Source of the DNA: Candidatus Geothermarchaeum rappei
GTDB lineage: Archaea > Thermoproteota > Nitrososphaeria > Geothermarchaeales > JDFR-13
DNA length: 32,000 nucleotides
Reading direction: 5' to 3'
NCBI GenBank assembly: GCA_002011085.2
Contig: MTMB02000001.1
Span: forward strand, 785,007-817,006
Below are positions 19,707 to 27,199 of this stretch, one piece after another. The position numbers and the translations under genes are program-made. Position 1 is the first letter of the stretch. Every line of letters begins with the position of its first letter. Below the pieces are notes generated by a model. It ran no database searches. It had not been told where the DNA came from and saw nothing but the letters and a program-made list of their open reading frames with translations.

Positions 19707-20453
19707 CTAACTACACGCCAGACTTTTTATAAGCCCATATACCTCATTCAGATCCTCTATGACGGATATGGCTCCATGTATCCTAGGAGCGACTCGTGTC
19801 TTATATTCCCTGTAATTATCATACTCCCTCCATAGACCCTTGTATAGAACACCCCATGAACCAGCGTTTATTGCACCTATAACATCATCTAGATAGGTGT
19901 CTCCAACATGCATAACCTCGTGGGGTTCCACCCCGTATTTTGTGAATATGGCTTGGAATGCCTTTGGCATAGGCTTGACACACCCTATGTCGGCGGAAGA
20001 GAATACGTGATCTATGTAATTACCTATCCCTATGTTTTTAAGTATCGTTTCTATGGCTTTTCCAGCGAAGGAGGTGTTGCTTAATATAACAACTTTAAGA
20101 CCCATCTCCTTCTTTAACCTGGGGAGGATGGTTAAAGCTTCTTTATTCACATAAGGGTTCCAGGAACACGTTGCCTCTATATATTTATTGACAGCACGCT
20201 CTACAAGCTCATTATCGACTTCGATGCCTGCCATATATCCGATAAGCCTAATTAACTCCTCGTTACTGATGATCATCCTTATATGACTCGTCAAGTCGTA
20301 AAGAGCATGTATATCCTCCAGCTTGAGACGCGGATTATATTCTCTAAAAACATTGTATATGGCATTAATACGTTTCTCCCTATATTCATAGGAAGCCTTA
20401 TCATCCTCCCATATCAATGTAAACCAGAGGTCGAAGGAGACTATCTTTATCAT
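19707..20453 (-). CDS. HAD-superfamily hydrolase (subfamily IA-like)
   Basis: Motif I-like IVSFDLWFTL, motif II VILSNTS, and motifs III/IV KP...HVGDTYLDDVIGAINAG. Confidence 0.8.
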   Translation of the reverse strand: MIKIVSFDLWFTLIWEDDKASYEYREKRINAIYNVFREYNPRLKLEDIHALYDLTSHIRMIISNEELIRLIGYMAGIEVDNELVERAVNKYIEATCSWNPYVNKEALTILPRLKKEMGLKVVILSNTSFAGKAIETILKNIGIGNYIDHVFSSADIGCVKPMPKAFQAIFTKYGVEPHEVMHVGDTYLDDVIGAINAGSWGVLYKGLWREYDNYREYKTRVAPRIHGAISVIEDLNEVYGLIKSLACS

Positions 20454-20629
20454 ATTATATAATATATGGGTATAGTGAGTATTAGAAAATTTTCGGTTTA
20501 CAGTACCTTTTATATCTCCCCCGGAAATATATGTTGAAAATCTTTAAATCCCAGTTAAATAACTAAAGTATAACGGAATACCGGGATTTTTAATCCTGAA
20601 GAATCAAGGAATATAGGTGGTGAAGTGAA

Positions 20630-21598
20630 ATGTATAAGATAAAACTATATTCGACCATGATCGGAACCTTAGCTATCTTCATAGGACTATCTACTTTAGC
20701 GATAATCATGTTATCAGACTATCTGGGATGGGGCCTATATATGGGGATAACCCTAGCCGTTCTATTCAATTTGATCCAGTGGATACTCGCACCCAAAATA
20801 ATCGAGTCTATGTATAAAGTAAAGCCCCTGCCTAGGGATGATGCCCCCTATATTCATGAAGTTGTTGAAAAACTCTCTAAAAAGATGGGTATAAAGAAGC
20901 CTGAGGTTATGATCGCTGATATAGATGTGCCAAACGCATTTGCATATGGAGGGGTATTCGGCAAAAAGAAAGTGGCTGTGACGAGGGGTCTACTCAATAC
21001 ACTTGATAAAAATGAGGTTGAGGCTGTTGTAGGTCACGAGATGGGTCATGTGGCCCATAGAGATGTCTCTATAATGATGTTTTTATCCGTATTACCTTCT
21101 GTATTCTACCTGATATCTAGAATGGCTTTGTATCAACTTTATTTCACTGGTGGAGGTCGAGATAGGGATAGTAGCCCCCTCATATTTGTGGCCATCGGAA
21201 TATTGTCACTTGTATTCTATTTCATACTAAACCTGATACTCCTTGGATTCAGTAGGTTGAGAGAATACTACGCAGATTATGAAGCAGCTACAAGGATCGA
21301 ACAGGGTGCTGAGAAGCTGATGCATGCCTTAGCAAAAATTGCTGCATACACAGAGCAAAAATATAAGAAGAAGGAGACAATTACTTCTAGTAGCTTCAAA
21401 GCACTCCTCATCGCTGATCCCGATACATATAGAGTAGATTCTAGAGCCCTATACTATAAGGAGGATAAGTTGGTCGAGGATATACTAAAACGGCGTCTTA
21501 CGCTGATGGATCGATTATTCGAACTATTCAGTACCCACCCTAATATGGTGAAGAGGCTTAGGAGGCTGAAGCAGCTTGCAGAAGCAACGGCGACCTAG
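20630..21598 (+). CDS. htpX: HtpX-like M48 zinc metalloprotease (membrane-bound)
   Basis: N-terminal TM segments, the zinc motif VGHEMGHVAHRD, two further TM segments and the downstream EYYADYEA glutamate region, which is the typical HtpX architecture. GGTGGTGA lies upstream of the ATG. Confidence 0.9.
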   Translation: MYKIKLYSTMIGTLAIFIGLSTLAIIMLSDYLGWGLYMGITLAVLFNLIQWILAPKIIESMYKVKPLPRDDAPYIHEVVEKLSKKMGIKKPEVMIADIDVPNAFAYGGVFGKKKVAVTRGLLNTLDKNEVEAVVGHEMGHVAHRDVSIMMFLSVLPSVFYLISRMALYQLYFTGGGRDRDSSPLIFVAIGILSLVFYFILNLILLGFSRLREYYADYEAATRIEQGAEKLMHALAKIAAYTEQKYKKKETITSSSFKALLIADPDTYRVDSRALYYKEDKLVEDILKRRLTLMDRLFELFSTHPNMVKRLRRLKQLAEATAT

Positions 21599-22301
21599 AT
21601 TTGGTCTTAAGGACCAATGGAGGGAGATAATTAGAAGCATAGAGGAGACCAGCTATTTATATACTAGAGTTAACCGTGCGATAAGCCTAGGCTTATCAGA
21701 ATATCTGAGGAGAAAGGGGGTTAGAATGATTAAAGAGGGAGGGAATTTTCTAGATGCTGGAAGTGGGCCAGGGGACTTGACTAGAGCGATAATGGATAAT
21801 CATAGGAACAGTTATGTTGTGTGTCTAGACGCTAGTTTCGCCCTTGTAGATATAGCGAGAAGAAGATTTAGTGTTGATGAAAAGGGACACATCGATTTTG
21901 TTATAGGTATTTTTGAGAATCCCCCATTTAGAGGAGAGAGCTTCGACGGGATTTTCAGTGCATATGCCATTAGAGACTCTATTGATCTTCTAAGAGCGAT
22001 GTATAGTTTAAGCAGAACAGTAAAGAGAGGGGGATTCTTGATAGACGTCGACATTGGAAAACCTGTGTCCCAAGTATTTCAACAGTTTCTAAAACTATAT
22101 CTAGATATACTCGTCCCCGTTATCGCAAGTTTCTACTATAAAAACGTTAGGAACCCATGGAGTAAACTATCAAGAACAGTGGAAGAACTGCCGCCAAATA
22201 CTATATTGGAGAAGATAATCAAAAAGTTTTTTGTAGACACAAAATTAGAGGAATACGCGTTTGGCTCTATGATAATAGCCTCGGGATTTAAGAGAATTTA
22301 G
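21576..22301 (+). CDS. Class I SAM-dependent methyltransferase, UbiE/MenG-like
   Basis: YTRVNRAISLGLSEYLRRKG resembles the UbiE family N-terminal motif. The SAM-binding motif is FLDAGSGPGDL. Only a TTG start (21576) is available upstream of these motifs. It overlaps the htpX 3' end by 23 nt and is preceded by GGAGG (21561-21565). Confidence 0.7.
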   Translation: MQKQRRPRFGLKDQWREIIRSIEETSYLYTRVNRAISLGLSEYLRRKGVRMIKEGGNFLDAGSGPGDLTRAIMDNHRNSYVVCLDASFALVDIARRRFSVDEKGHIDFVIGIFENPPFRGESFDGIFSAYAIRDSIDLLRAMYSLSRTVKRGGFLIDVDIGKPVSQVFQQFLKLYLDILVPVIASFYYKNVRNPWSKLSRTVEELPPNTILEKIIKKFFVDTKLEEYAFGSMIIASGFKRI

Positions 22302-22324
22302 AGTAATGTGATGCGGGAACTCTC

Positions 22325-23008
22325 CTACTCTCCCCTAAATCTTCTAATTACGCTCTCTATTAAGGAGTACGTCTTCACACCATCTTTCTTATCAACTATG
22401 ATAATCGTATCAACATAGCTACTGATGATCTGCGTGATATTTACACCACTATAGTAGAGAGTGCTTGTAATATAATTGACGACTCCCGGTGTAGTTATTA
22501 TGTCATAAGGACTGACTAGAATAACTGCACTCTGATTTTCCAATGTCTCTATGAGATATTCTTGTTTAATACTCTTACGGACTTTATTATAGGCAACCCT
22601 GTCCATCACCACTGTAACAGCTCTCTTCCCTTGAGTAAAATGTATAAAATGCCCCTCTCCAAGTTCTCTTAGTAATAATGTGAATATCTCGGAGAAGAAC
22701 TTCCTCTTGAAAGTGAACAGGATTACGTCGTTAATCATCTCAAGCTGAGAGTCTCTTAATATCTGGGAAATCTTCTGCTCATTAACCATCTTATTCTCCT
22801 TAAGCGTATCTACAAAGCGTTTCAGAGCCATTTTCATAGCATATAGAGAAGGATTTCGGCCTCCGAGCTCCTCAACAACCTCCTCGTAAATATATCTACA
22901 TATCTGGCTATAGCTACCTATGCCTAGTACTAATGCATCTATTATAGAGGGGTGTTTTAAGACTACTTTTCTCACGGCCTCAGCAATAGAGATGTTATCT
23001 TCTACCAT
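22325..23008 (-). CDS. Hypothetical protein with a C-terminal ACT-like domain (putative small-molecule-binding regulator)
   Basis: The C-terminal AVILVSPYDIITTPGVVNYITSTLYYSGVNITQIISSYVDTIIIVDKKD looks like an ACT beta-alpha-beta-beta-alpha-beta unit. The N-terminal HPSIIDALVLGIGSYSQICRYI is helical and HTH-like. The family assignment is from memory only. Confidence 0.5.
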   Translation of the reverse strand: MVEDNISIAEAVRKVVLKHPSIIDALVLGIGSYSQICRYIYEEVVEELGGRNPSLYAMKMALKRFVDTLKENKMVNEQKISQILRDSQLEMINDVILFTFKRKFFSEIFTLLLRELGEGHFIHFTQGKRAVTVVMDRVAYNKVRKSIKQEYLIETLENQSAVILVSPYDIITTPGVVNYITSTLYYSGVNITQIISSYVDTIIIVDKKDGVKTYSLIESVIRRFRGE

Positions 23009-23070
23009 CGGTTATCCCAAAAACTGTATTAAGTATGGAGAATATAATTAACGTTATACGACATTATTAT

Positions 23071-23703
23071 TCAAGAGACAAGATTAGGGAACCATTCTAT
23101 AATTGCATCGTGGATCATTTGGGCGGCTATTGCAGCTACTATAACTGCCATTACCCTGCCTAATGTGGCTATAAAGCTCTTTCCAAGAAATTTAAACAAC
23201 TGCTCTCCATAATAGAGAATTATGAAGGTTGTTACTGTAAGTATTATGTCTACTATAAGTATCTCCCATGTGGAGTAAACAGTCTCAAGCAACAGTATAG
23301 TGGTTATTGTACCAGGTCCAACTAGAAGAGGTGTTGCCAAGGGGACAATAGCAGCTTCCTCAATATCCACCGACTTTGTCTTAGGCAGGCCACCCAACAT
23401 ATCTATGGAGATCGCCATGAGTAGAACACCGCCTCCCAGCCTTAAAGCAGGTATGCTTATTCCAAAAAATGTTAGGAGCCAATCACCAGCGAGGGTAAAA
23501 ACAATTAAGAGAACACCAGTAACGATAGTTATCCTTCTAGCGATATACTTTCTCTCTTCACTGGTGTATTCCTCCACCTCCGATAAATATATAGGTAAGG
23601 CGGAGAGAGGGTTCATTATAGCGAATAGCTGTGAGAATATGATCAGCATATGGACAACCATTTCTTCAATGGACATATAGCCCCTCCCTCCACCATATTC
23701 CAT
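23071..23703 (-). CDS. MarC family (UPF0056) integral membrane protein
   Basis: LFAIMNPLSALPIYL matches the MarC NP-motif, and there are about six TM segments. The start is uncertain (ATG 23703 or the internal ATG at 23676). Confidence 0.8.
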   Translation of the reverse strand: MEYGGGRGYMSIEEMVVHMLIIFSQLFAIMNPLSALPIYLSEVEEYTSEERKYIARRITIVTGVLLIVFTLAGDWLLTFFGISIPALRLGGGVLLMAISIDMLGGLPKTKSVDIEEAAIVPLATPLLVGPGTITTILLLETVYSTWEILIVDIILTVTTFIILYYGEQLFKFLGKSFIATLGRVMAVIVAAIAAQMIHDAIIEWFPNLVS

Positions 23704-23799
23704 ATGTTTCCTGAATATTCAATTATATACATCTATTTTAATTAATCGATCTTCAATTTAAGATATATTGTTTATAAAACATTAATAGGTGATAGACAC

Positions 23800-24291
23800 A
23801 TGACTGAGATAGACTATGGAAAGATGGCTAAATGCCATGAATATAATGAGGAACTCATAGCCAAAGTATATTTTAAAGCTGCTGAGAAGATTACAGACCC
23901 AGGGATAAAGGGTATATTCCTCTTCATCGCTTACGACTCGGAAAAGCATGCGCAGGTATTTAAGGAGTTGGCCGAGGAGTATGGTGTAGCTGACTTCGAT
24001 TCAGAAGAGTGTTCAATGTATTCTGGGGCAGCATACGGAATGCGTGGGTTGCTCATGGAGACTCTGAGGAAGATTGAGAGGGCCCAGAGCATGGAGGAGG
24101 TTATTGGCATTGTAGAACATCTTGAGAGTATCGAGAGTATGCTAACCGAGTTGGATAGGGCGGTCATTCTTAAAGGGCTAAAAGATGAGTCTAAAAGGAA
24201 GCTATATGAAAAGATACTTGAGTATGTAGAGGAAGATGAACATCGTCACGAGGATATAATTAGGGGTATTTACGCCAACTACAAAAAATAA
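23800..24291 (+). CDS. Ferritin-like / rubrerythrin-like four-helix-bundle protein (hypothetical)
   Basis: Predicted all-helical, 163 aa. It has carboxylate/His motifs YDSEKHAQ and EEDEHRHED with single Glu residues in the intervening helices. AGGTGA lies 8 nt upstream of the ATG. Confidence 0.45.
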   Translation: MTEIDYGKMAKCHEYNEELIAKVYFKAAEKITDPGIKGIFLFIAYDSEKHAQVFKELAEEYGVADFDSEECSMYSGAAYGMRGLLMETLRKIERAQSMEEVIGIVEHLESIESMLTELDRAVILKGLKDESKRKLYEKILEYVEEDEHRHEDIIRGIYANYKK

Positions 24292-24323
24292 TTTATTATT
24301 TTATTTTCTCCTAACAGATTATT

Positions 24324-26816
24324 TCAGCCTTTACTCTCTATTTTTTCAACGCGCTCCCCAAGACGCCTCGCCTCCTCTTGGAGTTTAGCGATCTCCTCCC
24401 TAAGCTTCTGCCATTCAACACCCTTCTCAATGTTCTCCCTTATTTTTTTCGCCACTAATCTAGCTGCTTTCCATGTCCATCCCATCTTCTCCCTCGAGAT
24501 AATTACCTCTAGAATCGGTAGTGCTCTTGGATCCATTAGCTCTCTTGCGGCGAGAACAACGGCTCTCCTAACCTTAGCCTCCTTATCATAAGCCAATTCC
24601 TTTAGATGTTTGTAGGTATCTCGTTTATGTGGGAATTTCCCGAGAAGAGTGACGGCTAATGCCCTTAAGGACTCTTGTTTATCAGGGGTAGTGTATTCCA
24701 AGATAATCTTAAACGCCTCATCCGAACCGGTTTCTGCAATACCTTCTAAAACACCCTTTGTTATCTTATAGTCGTGACTAGGGACAGAGATATATTTCTT
24801 AAGAACCTCTAATGTCTTTTTATAACCGACTTTTCCAATTGACCTTGCTGCGGCGGCCCTCACTGTATATGCCTCCTCCCTATCCTCGAGGATCTTTATC
24901 AGCCTTGGCGCTATCGACTCATCGTTATACTTCCCTAGACTCAATATCACTTCACGCTTTACTTTAGGATTTGAAACTTTATCAAGCAATTCAAGTAGTT
25001 TTGACTTGGCGTAGTCCGTCTTAATATCCCCTAGGCTCCTCGCTGCCTCAATAGAGACACCGTAGAATGAGTCTTTCTCAACAGCCTCGGCTAATGCATC
25101 TACAGCCTTCGAACTACTCTCTTTACATAAAGATCTAGCAGCCAGTATCCGCCAATATACATATTTGCTATTCCTAAGGATCCTTATCCTATCCTCTAGG
25201 GGATAATTAATTTTAAGAACCATAAACGTCTTGAACTCTGGATCGATATAAACGTACCTGGGTCTCTTAGACATGGGAATGGTCAAAACCCTTGTCCTTT
25301 TATCCATGAAAATTCTTGTTCGAATAGTTTTCCCGCTGCCTTGTTCAATTATGACCTCCAGTGGAAGACGATAAACCTCAGGTGCATCAGTATCCTGAAG
25401 CTGATTCAACTCGATAGTCAGCATCTTATCCTTCTCATTATAACTAGTCTTGACGCTTAAAACCGGATGCCCTGAGTTGTAGAGATACTGCTCAAAGAAC
25501 CATTCCAAAGGCTTTCCATAATATCTCTCTAGAACCTTCCTCAAGTCATCTGTTTCTACGTTATCAAACGCATACATCGTGAGAAACTCTTTTAATGCTT
25601 TCCTAAATGTGTCAACACCAACTATATTCATCAGCATATTGAGAATAACCGAGCCCTTGGGATAGGAATGCGCATCGAAAAGCTCCTCGGGATATTTATA
25701 TAGCCGAATAACGATTGGTCTACTATAATATGAGCTATATTCGTTTAGATATGACTGCAGATTCCTATAAAGCTGATATATGAATTCGTCCCGACCCCTT
25801 AAATGCCCATAATACAATGTGTGCATGAATGTGGCGAAGCTCTCGTTTAGCCAGATATGGCTCCAGTCCTTGCATGTTATTAGGTCACCAAACCATTGAT
25901 GTGACAACTCATGACTAATTAGGCCATCAGGATCGTCATCCCTCCTAGCGAAATCATCCATCAAAGATCTATCGGTCAATAGAGTAGTCGTAATATTCTC
26001 CATACCCCCGACTATAAAACGTCTAACAACAACCTGTCGATATACCTTATATGGATACTTTACCCCCAACCATTCACTGAAGAACCTAATCATATCAGGA
26101 GTATATCGAAACGTACTTTCTATATACTCCTCCATCCCCTCAGGAACAACATATTCTAGCCTAACCCCATCAACTTCGTCAATGGATACACTGAATTTAC
26201 CCACAGCTAGTGCTATGAGATAGCTACTATGGGGCTTGTTAATTCTATAATGCCATACCTCTGAGTTTCCTTCCGTCCAATGCGAAACTAGATAGCCATT
26301 GGCAAACGCTTTATAGCCTTTTTCTACACGGATTATCATCTCACTAGTGAACTTCATATTTGGATAGTCATATATGGGCATCCAGTATCTATGCCACTCT
26401 GCCTCACCTTGACTCCACACCATCGGGGAAGCGTCTTCATCGCCATCTATAAAATAGAGACCATGCTCTGGCTCCCTTACACTATACTCGATAGTCACTT
26501 CAGTAGGCCTATTCGATAATTTACGCCTCAGATAGATCCGGAGAGTCTCGCCATCATAATCAAATCTCAATAGTCCCCTACCATCATAAACACGTTTTAT
26601 ATTTAGAGATACTGCATCCAGATCCACATGTCTAACCGACTCACCGTGTTTAACCACTTGTAAAGTGGCTTTTCCATCTATAGATTTATTCTTAAAGTCG
26701 ATAGAAACCTCAAGTTTATAATGGACAATCTTATAATCAGGTTCCCTGGGGTATCTCGGAGAATATTCTTTAAATACAAATTCTCGTCCAATCTTACTAT
26801 AGGCTATAACACCCAT
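24324..26816 (-). CDS. M1 family zinc aminopeptidase fused to C-terminal HEAT-like repeats and a terminal coiled coil
   Basis: GGMEN exopeptidase motif, HELSHQWFGD zinc motif (HExxH) and WLNESFATF (third ligand Glu). The C-terminal ~285 aa carry repeated A-R-S-L-G-type HEAT/PBS-lyase-like units (AARSLGDI, AARSIGKVG, VTLLGKF, LAAREL). The protein ends in a charged heptad-like segment, LREEIAKLQEEARRLGERVEKIE. Confidence 0.9.
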   Translation of the reverse strand: MGVIAYSKIGREFVFKEYSPRYPREPDYKIVHYKLEVSIDFKNKSIDGKATLQVVKHGESVRHVDLDAVSLNIKRVYDGRGLLRFDYDGETLRIYLRRKLSNRPTEVTIEYSVREPEHGLYFIDGDEDASPMVWSQGEAEWHRYWMPIYDYPNMKFTSEMIIRVEKGYKAFANGYLVSHWTEGNSEVWHYRINKPHSSYLIALAVGKFSVSIDEVDGVRLEYVVPEGMEEYIESTFRYTPDMIRFFSEWLGVKYPYKVYRQVVVRRFIVGGMENITTTLLTDRSLMDDFARRDDDPDGLISHELSHQWFGDLITCKDWSHIWLNESFATFMHTLYYGHLRGRDEFIYQLYRNLQSYLNEYSSYYSRPIVIRLYKYPEELFDAHSYPKGSVILNMLMNIVGVDTFRKALKEFLTMYAFDNVETDDLRKVLERYYGKPLEWFFEQYLYNSGHPVLSVKTSYNEKDKMLTIELNQLQDTDAPEVYRLPLEVIIEQGSGKTIRTRIFMDKRTRVLTIPMSKRPRYVYIDPEFKTFMVLKINYPLEDRIRILRNSKYVYWRILAARSLCKESSSKAVDALAEAVEKDSFYGVSIEAARSLGDIKTDYAKSKLLELLDKVSNPKVKREVILSLGKYNDESIAPRLIKILEDREEAYTVRAAAARSIGKVGYKKTLEVLKKYISVPSHDYKITKGVLEGIAETGSDEAFKIILEYTTPDKQESLRALAVTLLGKFPHKRDTYKHLKELAYDKEAKVRRAVVLAARELMDPRALPILEVIISREKMGWTWKAARLVAKKIRENIEKGVEWQKLREEIAKLQEEARRLGERVEKIESKG

Positions 26817-26934
26817 CTCCAGAGCCCCCGGGAATTGCTTAACTTAAATATTTTTTAACTTTTACCCAAAAAGCATTAATATAAATTACACTTTTTAATA
26901 ACATCCTCATGTTCAATGAAAACCTAGGAAATAA

Positions 26935-26964
26935 AACGTAAATGTTTTTATTTTACAACGTAAA
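26935..26964. repeat. Direct repeat AACGTAAA x2, spaced 22 bp apart
   Basis: AACGTAAA occurs at 26935-26942 and 26957-26964 within the 383-bp spacer. Each copy is followed a few bases later by ATGT. Function is unknown. Confidence 0.4.
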
Positions 26965-27014
26965 GAAAAATGTACATAATTAGGGAAATTGGTTAAGAAT
27001 ATCCTTTTTAAATT

Positions 27015-27046
27015 TAAATTACTGTCACATTATTCTCAGTAATTTA
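27015..27046. repeat. Perfect 10-bp inverted repeat with a 12-nt spacer (TAAATTACTG-N12-CAGTAATTTA)
   Basis: Base-by-base check: 27015-27024 taaattactg, 27037-27046 cagtaattta (exact reverse complement), spacer tcacattattct. It sits mid-way in the long divergent intergenic region. It is a candidate operator or RNA hairpin. Confidence 0.6.
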
Positions 27047-27199
27047 CATTAATCAGTCGTGAACCAAGAGATGGGATAAATTATTAAAACGATATATATT
27101 ATGGTGTTATATAGTCTATATGTTAATACTTCCATCAATAAATTTAGTATAAAACAAAGTATATTTGATAATCTCTACTTCCCAATTTTTTGATATACT

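Noticed and set aside
26817-27199. Long AT-rich spacer as a replication origin
   Set aside because: There is no adjacent orc1/cdc6 gene, and I could not find repeated origin-recognition-box-like elements. The only TTCCAG-type fragment I noticed is elsewhere (about 2563) and is single-copy.
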